Positions 8,228-17,928 are shown, counted from the first letter of the stretch. The stretch is DNA of 32,000 bases from Nitrososphaerota archaeon (GCA_028867785.1 JAGWFS010000002.1:146678-178677), one strand, 5' to 3'. Notes: generated by a model from the sequence alone, not told the origin. Translations and numbers: made by a program.

Positions 8228-10308
8228 ATCGGAACTACCTGTGTTCCTTCTGGATTTGATCTGAAATCATATATCGCATCGATGTTAGAGTTTTCAAATA
8301 TTTCAGAGTCATGCGTTATTATGATGAACTGAGATATCGCATCGACATTTGATTCAAAAGCCTGCGAAAGTACGTTTACAAGGGATTTTCTTCGTTCATG
8401 ATCCAGGTGCGTGGTAGGCTCGTCAAGTATTATGAAATTGAGGTGGGACGAGCCCATGAGATGTGCCATGCCAAGACGCAATGCAAGTGCAACGCTTACC
8501 TTTTCTCCGCCGCTCAAAGATTCCAATTCGAGCATAGAGTTTCCAGAATAGCATGCGATTCCAATGTCACGTGCCTTGTCCTCCAAGCTTATTCTCTGAA
8601 TCTTTACGTTAAATGTGGAGAGATACTCTGAAGCTTTCTGCGATATCATACCCAAGGCCCATGAGCGAAGGCTTGTGGCAACGGGGCCGTCTCTGTTGTA
8701 AATCTGGCTGCGTATGGTCTCAAGTGTTGATACGTATTGCTGGACATGATGCAACTCGCCTAGGATTTTTGAAATTTTTTCAGATTCTTCCTTGTAAAGT
8801 TTCAATCGAGTTGTTACAGCACCGAGTTCCTGGTCCATGGTGCTGACAAGCGCGCGCTGTCTGTCTAGTCTTGACTTGAGGTCTCTGAAAGCAGTGATAT
8901 CAAAACCTCTTGTTTCCTCTATCAGGGAAGATATTGTTTTTATTGCATTGGTTGAATGCTCGTCAATTGCAAACTGTGTTAGGTTTCCAGAAGAATTTGC
9001 TTCCAAGGATACATCCCTGACGTTTGTTTGCAAGCTGGATATCTCTTCTCCGAGTCTTGAAAGATCCTCTTGGTTTTTGATGTTGTTTGAAGCCAATATG
9101 CTTTCCGCTTTAACAATCTGCTGTAGTTTCAAATCAATCTCTTTTTTCTTGCTCTGGGATGCCGCCTCTTCTTTTGATACTACTTCCATCTTTTTTGTCA
9201 GTATGTCAAGTTCTGCGCGCAGATGTTCCTGTTCAAATAACGGATTTATGCGGTCTACTTTGGAGTCGCAAACAGGACATTTCCCGTCAACTAGACGTAT
9301 TCTTCCTGCAATCTCTTGCTGCCCGCTTATCCTGGCTATCTTCTCCCCGGTTTCTTTTGATTCTATCCGTATCTCCTCAATCTCTTGCTGTGTCTGTTTA
9401 CTGTCTGTCTCCGCTCGGGGTTTGGCTGCCACAATGGACAAACTGCTTGAACATTCGGAAAACTTTCTTTCTTTTTCCGCAATATCTTTTTTGATTGATG
9501 TTACCGCATTTCTGAGATATTTTGAAAGATCTTCTTTTCTGCTTTCAATCTCTTTCATCTTGAGTTCCTTTGGTGCCTCTACCTCTATCTTTTTTTGAAG
9601 CAAAATAAATTCCTGCTCCTTTGCTCTTTTTTCCTCCTCGATCTTCTTTTTTTGTGGCTCAAGTGACGCAATTTCTTTTGATGTTGTCTCTACCTTGTTT
9701 TGTAGCATCCCAACGCTTGTGTCATCATAATCAAGCCTTGTCCTTACAGATGCCCTAAAGACATCGATTGTTTTTTTCATGATCTCGTACGCCGTATCAA
9801 GCTTATCTATTCCTATTATTGCATTGACAAGTTCCTTGAATTTTCTTGGGTCTGCATCGATGATTGATTGCAACTCTCCCTGCTGTACAATTGATGCCAC
9901 TTTGAGTTTCTCAAAATCCAGGCCTATGAGAGACTCTATCGTCTGAGTCATGGACTCGCCAAATTGCCTTCTCTCTCCTGCCGCAAGAGGGACTGGTTCC
10001 CCGTTTGTTTTTTCGCACAACTGGGCTGAGACAGTTCCCTTGGCATCTATCTTGCGAACTGCCTCAAACTGTCTGCTTCCTATGGAAAACTCTACCTTGG
10101 AATATGCTTGGCTGCATCCTCTGCGCAACAATCCTTTTGTCGACTTTCTTATGTGCTCTCCAAACAATGCAAATGTTATTGCATCAATTACGCTTGATTT
10201 GCCGGCCCCGTTCGGGCCTACAAATACCGTTACGCCGCTGCCAAAGTCAAGTTTGGTGTGCCCGTGAGAGAGAAAATTTTCAATCTCAACTGACTGTAGC
10301 ATTCCCAA
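8224..10308 (-). CDS. rad50: DNA double-strand-break repair ATPase Rad50
   Basis: 694 aa. Walker A GPNGAGKSS, a long E/K-rich coiled coil, the zinc hook GKCPVCDS, the signature SLSGGEK, Walker B FIILDEPTTHLD and the H-loop ITHD. Confidence 0.95.
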   Translation of the reverse strand: MGMLQSVEIENFLSHGHTKLDFGSGVTVFVGPNGAGKSSVIDAITFALFGEHIRKSTKGLLRRGCSQAYSKVEFSIGSRQFEAVRKIDAKGTVSAQLCEKTNGEPVPLAAGERRQFGESMTQTIESLIGLDFEKLKVASIVQQGELQSIIDADPRKFKELVNAIIGIDKLDTAYEIMKKTIDVFRASVRTRLDYDDTSVGMLQNKVETTSKEIASLEPQKKKIEEEKRAKEQEFILLQKKIEVEAPKELKMKEIESRKEDLSKYLRNAVTSIKKDIAEKERKFSECSSSLSIVAAKPRAETDSKQTQQEIEEIRIESKETGEKIARISGQQEIAGRIRLVDGKCPVCDSKVDRINPLFEQEHLRAELDILTKKMEVVSKEEAASQSKKKEIDLKLQQIVKAESILASNNIKNQEDLSRLGEEISSLQTNVRDVSLEANSSGNLTQFAIDEHSTNAIKTISSLIEETRGFDITAFRDLKSRLDRQRALVSTMDQELGAVTTRLKLYKEESEKISKILGELHHVQQYVSTLETIRSQIYNRDGPVATSLRSWALGMISQKASEYLSTFNVKIQRISLEDKARDIGIACYSGNSMLELESLSGGEKVSVALALRLGMAHLMGSSHLNFIILDEPTTHLDHERRKSLVNVLSQAFESNVDAISQFIIITHDSEIFENSNIDAIYDFRSNPEGTQVVPI

Positions 10309-11437
10309 CTCCCTTTTTGAATTGAATGTAGTTTTCGTTGATTGCGTGAACTGCTTCCTCCGTGTTGCCCTTTGTGAGAAGCGGCAACAATTCGTTTATT
10401 GCAAAGCTTGCAAGCTCGACAGAGCCCAAGATGTCTCTTGCTATTTTGTGCATCTCTTCTTCTATCTTCGCCGGCCTTTCCATGAATACCGAGCCATTGG
10501 CCTGCTCAGAAGCGATGTGCTTCCAGAAACATCGTAAAGTAATATCTGACAGCTTTGCAATCTGGCCATGGACGAATCCGGATTCGGCCTCTCCTGTTAT
10601 CTTTATCTCAACTATTGGCTTTCTACTGCATGTCTTGATCTTCTCGGAGAGTGCGTTTATCTCGTCTGGGAGATTGTCAATGGATGTCCTGACAGACATT
10701 TGCGGTCTGGTGTCAAGCTTTATCCAGTTTGGAGAAGCTTCTGCACGGGATATGTCCACCTGGTAGAACCCCTTCTGGGTCTCCTTTATTGTCTCACTTG
10801 ATGTCATCTCTATGGAGCCGGGATATGCCAAAGGGCCTCCTAGGTGCGGGTATCTTTTCAGTTCCTGCTCGTGCAGATGGCCCATGGCATAATACGTAAA
10901 GTTTTTTGGAAGTTCAGTGGAATTTATCTCGCCTGCAAACTTGTTTATTTCTGATATTCCTTGATGCAGTACCAGTATCTTGTGCCCTCTGTGATCTCTT
11001 ACCGTTGCATCAGCAGCGGCAAAATCGCTTTCAAACGTATGAATCTCGCTTCGTCTCCGCTTGTCAAAGCCCATGATTAGGACATCCTTGTAAAAAACCG
11101 GCTTGCCTCTTCCGATATATTTTGAAAAATCAAGATTGTGGTATACAAATGGAACCGGTGTAGCCCTTATCCTGCTAATGTCATGCTCTCCCAAGACAAA
11201 AAATGATTCTATGTTGCTCTGTCTTAGCCTCTTTAGTGCATTTGCCAGCGTGACAATTGCCTTGCCGCTTGGGTTTGGCACATGAAAAACGTCTCCTGCA
11301 AATATGACAAAATCCACATGATCTTTTATCGATGTATCTATTGCCTGGTTGAAGGCCAGATAGACGTCCTCTTCGCGCTCCTCTGAGTGGTACTGCAAAA
11401 ATCCAAGATGCGTGTCAGAAATATGTGAAAAGATCAT
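10286..11437 (-). CDS. mre11: DNA double-strand-break repair nuclease Mre11
   Basis: Phosphoesterase motifs HISDTHLG, FAGDVFH, LGEHD and GHLH. The true start is the ATG at 11437 (MIFSHISDTHLG). The 32-aa upstream extension in the ORF track overlaps herA. Confidence 0.95.
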   Translation of the reverse strand: MIFSHISDTHLGFLQYHSEEREEDVYLAFNQAIDTSIKDHVDFVIFAGDVFHVPNPSGKAIVTLANALKRLRQSNIESFFVLGEHDISRIRATPVPFVYHNLDFSKYIGRGKPVFYKDVLIMGFDKRRRSEIHTFESDFAAADATVRDHRGHKILVLHQGISEINKFAGEINSTELPKNFTYYAMGHLHEQELKRYPHLGGPLAYPGSIEMTSSETIKETQKGFYQVDISRAEASPNWIKLDTRPQMSVRTSIDNLPDEINALSEKIKTCSRKPIVEIKITGEAESGFVHGQIAKLSDITLRCFWKHIASEQANGSVFMERPAKIEEEMHKIARDILGSVELASFAINELLPLLTKGNTEEAVHAINENYIQFKKGVGNATVS

Positions 11438-11438
11438 C

Positions 11439-12959
11439 TCAATCAAGCAGCAAGTCTTTCTGTACCAGTCCCTGTGTAGTTTCCTTGGCAATGTCTTTGA
11501 ACTTGTCTGTCTGACTCCATTCTGACACTGCATTCAAGTCCGAGCCTGAGCGTTTGCCCTTTACCTCGTCTATGTGAACTATGGACGGAAGGTTTACCCA
11601 CTGGCCTATGAACAGGGCGTCTCCTATGTTCAAAGACGATAGCTGGGATATGAGGTCCCTGCTTAGTGATTCTGCGGCAGATGCTATCTGTTGCTGGTCG
11701 TCGTCCTGCACAATCTTCATTATGGCAAGCGAGCCCATCTGGCTGAGTACGTTTGGATCTATGTTTCTTGGCCTCTGGGATACGACCCCCAGACCAATTC
11801 CAAACTTGCGCCCTTCTCTTGCCACCTTGGATGCCCAATACTTGGTATCAGTATGCTCTCCCTTTGGTATGAATACGTGTGCCTCTTCTATTATGACAAA
11901 GATTGGGGCAAGAAACTTGTAGCTTCGTCTGTGGGCCGTCTTGCCTTTTCTTTCCCAGACTGACTCTTTTCTCTGCTGTAGCAATTCCTGTAAATAATAT
12001 GACAGTCCGGCATTTGCCTGCCGCTCGCTGAGCTCTGCAATGTTTAGCACGTTTACCCTGCCTTCCTTTATCATGTCTACCGGGTCTCCACAGTCGGGAT
12101 CGAGTATGTCTGAAAACCTGTGTTTTGCATCGTCTATCTTGTCAAGCACCCTGCTTGCGCTGTCAGCATATCCCTTTGTTGTGCGGCCAAATGCGGCAAC
12201 GTTTTCTTCAAGCGACGTCCAAAACTCTTTTGACTGTTTAACCGATTCCGTAAATGATTCCCTGAGAACCCTCTGCTGCTTGTCTGCATTTTCTCGAAGC
12301 TCGATTACCTCGGCAAGCTTGTCCGCTGGCAAGAGCCTTGGATTTATCTTTGCCAGCATATAGTTCATCTTGGAGACATCAAGATTCTCGTAATCATTGT
12401 GATAGTCAAAAATGACAAGCGTGCCGTTCAGAGATGCGACATGTTTTGCTATCAGTGATACGAGATTGCTCTTTCCCATTCCAGTCATTGCAAGTATTGC
12501 CAGGTGTCTTGACACTATCTTGTTGATGTTTATCTTGGCCTCTGTGCTGGTGTTTCTCAGAAGCGAGCCTATTCTAATCCACTCGCTTCCTGACGGGCCA
12601 AATATCATTCCAAGGTCCTGCTGTGTTGCTTCAAGCACGGATGTACCGGGCAGCGGGGGGACTGCGGGAATCAAGACATGGCCCTTTTGCAGCTTGTCCA
12701 AAAATCCCAGTATGCCAATTTTCACCTTGTAATTTTTATCCCTTGAATTAATCTCTGCAACTTCCTTGCTCTCTATTGCCTCGTCAAAGTTTCTGACATC
12801 TGTCAGGGCTTCACTTGATATTGCAGACTTTTCCACAAGGCCCAGAATCTTGCCGTCTTGCGAATCAATGATGACATATTCTCCTACGGAGAGGGGTTTT
12901 GAAGACTGGGCAGTTACCTCGGTTGGCTTTGACTCGCCAATTATCACTCCAATTATCAA
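11439..12959 (-). CDS. herA: HerA hexameric DNA helicase/translocase
   Basis: 506 aa. Walker A AMTGMGKSN, Walker B FVIIEEAH and an N-terminal barrel-like region. Its stop lies 1 nt before the mre11 ATG. Confidence 0.95.
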   Translation of the reverse strand: MIIGVIIGESKPTEVTAQSSKPLSVGEYVIIDSQDGKILGLVEKSAISSEALTDVRNFDEAIESKEVAEINSRDKNYKVKIGILGFLDKLQKGHVLIPAVPPLPGTSVLEATQQDLGMIFGPSGSEWIRIGSLLRNTSTEAKININKIVSRHLAILAMTGMGKSNLVSLIAKHVASLNGTLVIFDYHNDYENLDVSKMNYMLAKINPRLLPADKLAEVIELRENADKQQRVLRESFTESVKQSKEFWTSLEENVAAFGRTTKGYADSASRVLDKIDDAKHRFSDILDPDCGDPVDMIKEGRVNVLNIAELSERQANAGLSYYLQELLQQRKESVWERKGKTAHRRSYKFLAPIFVIIEEAHVFIPKGEHTDTKYWASKVAREGRKFGIGLGVVSQRPRNIDPNVLSQMGSLAIMKIVQDDDQQQIASAAESLSRDLISQLSSLNIGDALFIGQWVNLPSIVHIDEVKGKRSGSDLNAVSEWSQTDKFKDIAKETTQGLVQKDLLLD

Positions 12960-13795
12960 CTCAGTACCTCCCTTGAACCAATCTCGTTTGATAGTCCGTA
13001 CAGGCTGACAAGTCTTGACAGGTCAGAATTTGTTATCTTGCAGTTCTCGTGAGCAAGTTTTAACGCATAAGGATATCCGCCAACGCTGTTCTTTGTCAAC
13101 CTGTCAAGAAGCAGTTTTATCTCATTTTCACTAATGCCGGAGCCGAGCATCTCAATCTTGATGAGTGGCGTAGAGTCCCTGAGTCTTGCATAGACGTATG
13201 AGACAACTTTTCCCGGGCCAAGATCCTTATCCACAAATATCTTGCTAAAGCCAGGCCTTTTCAACGCATGATTATAATAGAATATGTCTCCTGCAACAGA
13301 GCCTAGTTTTTCAAACTGCTTTCTTGCAGATGATGTCTTTGATATGAATACGACATTGTTTCTCTTTTTTATTGCAGACGTAATGGTGTTTCCAAGAGAT
13401 ACCTGTCTTGTAAGAAACTGTGAATAGAGAGAACCGTCAAGTGCCACCAAGTCTGCCTTGTCAACTGAAGCAGCACAGGCGTCAACTTCCATCCTGCTTG
13501 CCTGCGTCTCAAGTTCAGGTGCGGGCTGCCCGAGTCCTTGGTTGTGAGCTTCCGTTATTACCGTGCCGTCTGATTTTACCGATACTCCTGTGACCACCCA
13601 TAGTTCCAACCCCTGAAATTTTGTACTGTTGTAACTGCTATCTATGCCTGCAATGTCTGCATCCTTTTTCTGTGGCTCGTAATCTATCCAGTTTTCTCGC
13701 GCGGTCTGTATTATAAGCTCGAATTTTTCTCCCTTGAAGATGGATCTTGCCTCTTCCCGTTTTTTTATAGCGTCCCGATATACCGTATTGAGCAC
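12956..13795 (-). CDS. nurA: NurA 5'-3' nuclease
   Basis: 279 aa with the GIDSS catalytic-Asp motif and a later ALDGSL motif. Its position next to herA supports the call. GTG start. Its stop overlaps the herA start. Confidence 0.85.
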   Translation of the reverse strand: MLNTVYRDAIKKREEARSIFKGEKFELIIQTARENWIDYEPQKKDADIAGIDSSYNSTKFQGLELWVVTGVSVKSDGTVITEAHNQGLGQPAPELETQASRMEVDACAASVDKADLVALDGSLYSQFLTRQVSLGNTITSAIKKRNNVVFISKTSSARKQFEKLGSVAGDIFYYNHALKRPGFSKIFVDKDLGPGKVVSYVYARLRDSTPLIKIEMLGSGISENEIKLLLDRLTKNSVGGYPYALKLAHENCKITNSDLSRLVSLYGLSNEIGSREVLS

Positions 13796-13814
13796 AAGAC
13801 ACCTTTTGTTTGTA

Positions 13815-13851
13815 AGGATAAAATGTTTCGCGTTTGAAACGGATTTATCCT
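13815..13851. promoter_or_regulatory. Nested inverted repeat / mirrored TATA-like boxes in the nurA - P5CDH divergent promoter
   Basis: AGGATAAA (13815-13822) pairs with TTTATCCT (13844-13851). An inner GTTTC (13825-13829) pairs with GAAAC (13836-13840). Each outer arm reads TTTATCCT toward its gene. Confidence 0.4.
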
Positions 13852-13904
13852 AAAGCTAACGCGCAATCAAACAATTTTAATGCAGTAACTGGATAGTCAT
13901 ACTG

Positions 13905-15470
13905 TTGTTCAAGAATGAAAAGACATGGGGGACATTTGTAGAAAACAACTCGACTGACGAGTTTCATAAAAAATTTGATGGTGCTATTGAGGAAATCAGG
14001 AAGGATTTTGGCAGAAACTACCCTGTGATAATAGGTGGAAAGGAAGTCTTTTCAAACAACCAGTTTCAGGTACGCTCTCCCGCGGACAAAAATCTGATAC
14101 TTGCAAATTTTCCACTTGCATCAAAGGAGGATGCACTGCATGCAATAGGGACCGCCAAAGATGCCTTTTACAAATGGTCGCTTGTAACCTACGAGAAAAG
14201 GGTGCAGATATTTCGAGAAGTGGCAGACATTTTCGCCCAAGACAAGTTCCGCCTTGCGGCAATACTGAGCTTTGAAAACGGCAAGAACAGGCTAGAGGCC
14301 ATGGGGGATCTGGATGAATCAATAGACTTTATGAGGTTCTATGCAGAGCAGCTTGAGGAAAACCAAGGGTTCTCAAAGGAGACGCATAGTGCAAACAAGA
14401 ATGAAAAGACGCGCAGCGTGCTAAAACCATATGGAGTCTGGGGAGTGATATCCCCGTTCAATTTTCCGTCTGCAATATCAATAGGAATGAGCGTAGGTGC
14501 TCTAATCATGGGAAACACTGTAGTACTAAAGCCCTCAAGTGACTCGCCGATTTCTGCATTCAAGTTTGTTGAGGCAATATATAGCAAGCTTCCTCCGGCT
14601 GCAGTAAACTTTGTTACGGGCTCTGGAAAAATAGTGGGGCAGACCATACTTGAGAGCCCGCTTGTCAGCGGCATTGCATTTACAGGTTCCAAGGAGGTTG
14701 GAATCTCAGGCTTTAACACGTTTGTAGGAAGTACTCCTCGTCCGTTCATCTCGGAAATGGGGGGAAAGAATCCTGCCATAATTGCAAAAACTGCAGACTT
14801 GGAAAAGGCAACAGACGGGGTACTGAGGGCCGCATTTGGCTACAGCGGACAAAAATGCAGCGCATGCTCTAGGGTCTATGTTCAAAAAGACGTGGCAGGC
14901 CAGTTTGTAGAAAAACTTGTTGCAAAGACCAGGCTGCTGAAGATCGGCAAGCCGTGGGAGAAGGACTCGTATGTAAGCCCCGTGATAAACGAGTCTGCGA
15001 TGAAGAAATTCCAAAAGGCGGTAGACCTTGCAAAAAAAGGTGGCAAGATAGTTTGCGGTGGGTCCATCCCGTCTGATCCGCAACTCAAGAATGGAAATTT
15101 TGTCGAGCCAACAATTGTTGTAGGGCTTCCAAAAGATCACGAGCTTGTAAGGGAGGAACTGTTTGTACCGTTTGTCTGCGTTGAGGAGTTTGATTCGTTC
15201 GATGAGGCAATTGCAGAATCAAACAAGAGCAACTATGGTTTGACTGCGGGAATTTTCAGCCAGGACAAAACGGAGATTGAGTCATTCCTCAACAAGATAG
15301 AGGCAGGCGTGACATATGTAAACAGGTCTGCAAGTGCCACCACTGGAGCCATGGTAGGGGCCCAGCCGTTTGTAGGGTGGAAGGATTCCGGGATCTCGGG
15401 CAAGGGGGCAGGCGGTGCCTACTATCTCTTGCAGTTTGTGCGGGAGCAGACTCAGACCCGATGCGAGTGA
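13905..15470 (+). CDS. 1-pyrroline-5-carboxylate (L-glutamate gamma-semialdehyde) dehydrogenase, ALDH superfamily
   Basis: 521 aa with FTGSKEVG, EMGGKNP and the catalytic Cys in GQKCSACSR. The N-terminus is RocA/PruA-like. The only available start after the in-frame stop at 13878 is TTG at 13905. Confidence 0.9.
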   Translation: MFKNEKTWGTFVENNSTDEFHKKFDGAIEEIRKDFGRNYPVIIGGKEVFSNNQFQVRSPADKNLILANFPLASKEDALHAIGTAKDAFYKWSLVTYEKRVQIFREVADIFAQDKFRLAAILSFENGKNRLEAMGDLDESIDFMRFYAEQLEENQGFSKETHSANKNEKTRSVLKPYGVWGVISPFNFPSAISIGMSVGALIMGNTVVLKPSSDSPISAFKFVEAIYSKLPPAAVNFVTGSGKIVGQTILESPLVSGIAFTGSKEVGISGFNTFVGSTPRPFISEMGGKNPAIIAKTADLEKATDGVLRAAFGYSGQKCSACSRVYVQKDVAGQFVEKLVAKTRLLKIGKPWEKDSYVSPVINESAMKKFQKAVDLAKKGGKIVCGGSIPSDPQLKNGNFVEPTIVVGLPKDHELVREELFVPFVCVEEFDSFDEAIAESNKSNYGLTAGIFSQDKTEIESFLNKIEAGVTYVNRSASATTGAMVGAQPFVGWKDSGISGKGAGGAYYLLQFVREQTQTRCE

Positions 15471-16327
15471 AGAAACGAGCTGCCAAGAAGCAGTATGTTG
15501 CGCTTTCTCTCCTTTAACCGCCTAATCGAGTAGGGAAGCCAGTTGGTTCCGTACGGGATGTATTCGGATATTGCGAATCCTCCCTTGATCAAGAGTGGCT
15601 TGAGCTCGTCGCGTATCCCCTTTAGCATCTGAAACTCGAATTTTTTTTCATGATTTTTTGAAAGGCTCGTGGCAAGCTCAATCATCCTGGAATCATGCGT
15701 CGCTATGGCAAACTCGTTGCCGTCTGAAAATAACGTCTTTACAAGTTTTTTATAATTTTCATCAACCTCGTGCCTTGTCTTGTAGGCAGTTTTCTTGCTT
15801 TCGCGATATGCCCCCTTTACGAGCCGAACCTTTGCGCCGTGTTCTAGTAGCATCTTGAGGTCTTGCTCTGTGCGCTTGAGGTTTGCCTGCACTGCTATCC
15901 CGAGCCTTTCGTATCTCTCAAATAACTCTAGATAGATCTTGATTGTCTCATCTGTATACTCCGACGATTCCATGTCTATCCAGACAAAGGACTGGGAGGC
16001 AGATGCCTTTTCAATGATTTTCTCAAGGTTCTCAGCACAGTATTCGAGACTCTTGGAGAGGCCTGCCTGGGTTGGCTTGACTGATATGCCGCCTGAGATC
16101 TTTGCCCTGCGTAGGTTTGATACAAGCGTGAGATATTCTGATACCGTATCAGAAACCTGGTCCTTTGAAACCATGTGCTCTCCAAGCTTGTTGATTATGG
16201 CATCCATGCCTCTCTTGTTTGCGTCTCTTGCAGAGCGCAGGGCCTCTTCCATCGTATCTCCTGCAATCCACTGCTTTGCTATCCTGAAAAGGAATTTCTC
16301 TATGAGCGTAGATTCATGAGTTGCCAT
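15452..16327 (-). CDS. Proline dehydrogenase (monofunctional PutA-like TIM barrel)
   Basis: I use the ATG at 16327 (MATHESTLIEKFLFRIAKQWIAGDTMEEAL...). Other supporting stretches are VRLVKGAY, IATHD and IPYG..W.PY..RRL.E. The 63-aa upstream extension in the ORF track is low-quality sequence. Confidence 0.85.
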   Translation of the reverse strand: MATHESTLIEKFLFRIAKQWIAGDTMEEALRSARDANKRGMDAIINKLGEHMVSKDQVSDTVSEYLTLVSNLRRAKISGGISVKPTQAGLSKSLEYCAENLEKIIEKASASQSFVWIDMESSEYTDETIKIYLELFERYERLGIAVQANLKRTEQDLKMLLEHGAKVRLVKGAYRESKKTAYKTRHEVDENYKKLVKTLFSDGNEFAIATHDSRMIELATSLSKNHEKKFEFQMLKGIRDELKPLLIKGGFAISEYIPYGTNWLPYSIRRLKERKRNILLLGSSFLHSHRV

Positions 16328-16389
16328 TTTCAAAATCCCATCTTTGTTTTGGCAAACTATGTAATTCAATTTTATGCTGACTGCAAATA

Positions 16390-17253
16390 ATGCCGATAAC
16401 AGATTTAACGTGGTATGATGGCAAAAGAAACATCTTGAAGAGAATCGGGCTTTTGGGGTGCGGTGCAATTGGAACCGAGATTGCAATCGCAGTAGACTCG
16501 GGCAAGATTCCTGCAAAGCTTACGCACGTGTTTGACTTTTCAAAAGAGTCGTCTGAGCTTCTAGTCTCAAAGCTGAAAAACAAACCCGTGATAACCGAAA
16601 ATGCGGGGCTGCTTGCCGCATCCCCTGTCGACCTGATAGTGGAGGCAGCATCACAGGATGCAGTAAGGGATAACGCACTTTCCATACTGCAGAACAGAAA
16701 AGACCTGATGATAATGAGCGTAGGAGCGTTACTTGATGAATCAATATTTGACATTGTCGTAGAAGGCTGCAAGGATTTCAACAAGCGTGTCTATCTGCCG
16801 TCTGGGGCAATAGCAGGCCTTGATGCAATACGCGCAGTAAAGGACGAGCTGGACTCGTTGACACTGGTCACAACCAAGAACCCAAGGGCACTCAAGGGGG
16901 CCAAGTTTTTTGAGACTTCAAAGATAAACCTTGACAGTATGACCGGGCCTGTCGTGATATACGAGGGGGAGGCACATGATGCAGTAAAGATGTTTCCTGC
17001 AAACATAAACGTCGCAGCACTCCTAAGCCTGGCGGGAATCGGGAGTGCAAAAACTAGGGTAAAACTTGTGGCAGACCCCCAGACTGACAAGAACACGCAC
17101 GAGATAGAGGCTCGTGGCAAGTTTGGCAAGATCTCAATCAAGGTTGAAAACGTTCCAAGCCCAAGCAACCCAAAAACAAGCAGGCTTGCAACACTTTCTG
17201 CAATAGAGTGCCTGAGAAAGATTTGCGGCAGCGAAATCAATGTGGGAACATAA
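16390..17253 (+). CDS. nadX: L-aspartate dehydrogenase
   Basis: 287 aa with the Rossmann motif IGLLGCGAIGTEIA and a C-terminal region containing PSGAIAGLDA and NINVAA. It sits near nadA and nadC. Confidence 0.85.
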   Translation: MPITDLTWYDGKRNILKRIGLLGCGAIGTEIAIAVDSGKIPAKLTHVFDFSKESSELLVSKLKNKPVITENAGLLAASPVDLIVEAASQDAVRDNALSILQNRKDLMIMSVGALLDESIFDIVVEGCKDFNKRVYLPSGAIAGLDAIRAVKDELDSLTLVTTKNPRALKGAKFFETSKINLDSMTGPVVIYEGEAHDAVKMFPANINVAALLSLAGIGSAKTRVKLVADPQTDKNTHEIEARGKFGKISIKVENVPSPSNPKTSRLATLSAIECLRKICGSEINVGT

Positions 17254-17313
17254 ACCGCAGTGTTTCAAACCAGAGTAAAACATCTTCAACCGTCATTTTC
17301 ATAACTCCATTTG

Positions 17314-17928
17314 TTATTGTTTTTCTGCAACGTACTTGTCATAGTATGGACTATTTGGAGAACAACGTTCACCTTGAATTATACCTGCAGTTTTGTTATT
17401 GTCAAACCAACTAGTTTTAGAAGGGCAAAATATGCCGCCGCAACTTAGATTTTCACACATTTGTATCACTTTCGGCATTGTATGACCGATCCAACATGCT
17501 GTAAGTGATTTGACCTGACCATCTGGAAAAGTAGCTATAAAATGTCGTGTCTCATTTATCTTGAAGTATCCATCATAGTTTACAATTAGTGGATGATGAC
17601 CGCTAGTAGAATTTATTGCTCTTGGAAGCACGTTATTGCAATTTATCCCATCAACTTCTGGTGTACTACTACCCGTGTATGCGAATTTCACACCGTCAAA
17701 TTCAACAGGTTTGTTTACTTCAGTAGTAATGGGAAATCCATCATAAATTCTGCTTTCGTTGTCTACTTCCATGTTTAAACTATAGATGCAGTTAGTCGAA
17801 TTGCCTTGGCATTCTTGAGGTCGTATTGATTCATTTTGGAATAAAAGAAAAACATACACTGAAATGGTAATTGCCAAGACAGATGCCGAAATTATAGTAA
17901 GAAGATGTGTCTTCAAATGCACTATCAT
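17314..17928 (-). CDS. Membrane-anchored Cys-rich extracellular protein with many N-x-S/T sequons
   Basis: 204 aa with an N-terminal TM/signal anchor (LLTIISASVLAITISVYVFLLF), about 10 Cys, and the sequons NES, NST, NES, NST, NET, NLS and NKT. I recognise no family. The coding region is AT-rich. Confidence 0.6.
   Translation of the reverse strand: MIVHLKTHLLTIISASVLAITISVYVFLLFQNESIRPQECQGNSTNCIYSLNMEVDNESRIYDGFPITTEVNKPVEFDGVKFAYTGSSTPEVDGINCNNVLPRAINSTSGHHPLIVNYDGYFKINETRHFIATFPDGQVKSLTACWIGHTMPKVIQMCENLSCGGIFCPSKTSWFDNNKTAGIIQGERCSPNSPYYDKYVAEKQ

Noticed and set aside
8837-9598. 253-aa plus-strand ORF (and several 70-110-aa ORFs) antisense to rad50
   Set aside because: These are Ser/Leu/Phe/Cys-rich low-complexity translations, as expected from the reverse complement of an E/K-rich coiled-coil gene. 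The minus-strand frame carries every Rad50 motif.
11438-11533. N-terminal 32-aa extension of Mre11 in the ORF track (start at 11533)
   Set aside because: The extension overlaps the herA 3' end. The ATG at 11437 places the conserved HISDTHLG motif at the extreme N-terminus, as in all Mre11 proteins.
10286-13795. HerA/NurA considered as a possible anti-phage defence module
   Set aside because: Both genes are directly fused into an operon with canonical Mre11 and Rad50, which is the standard archaeal DSB-resection arrangement. There are no Sir2, DUF4297 or other defence-type partners.
16328-16516. 63-aa N-terminal extension of proline dehydrogenase, and the 156-aa ORF 16314..16784
   Set aside because: The extension sequence (CFFCHHTTLNLL...) looks non-coding and runs into the nadX gene on the opposite strand. 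The ATG at 16327 gives a normal-length enzyme.
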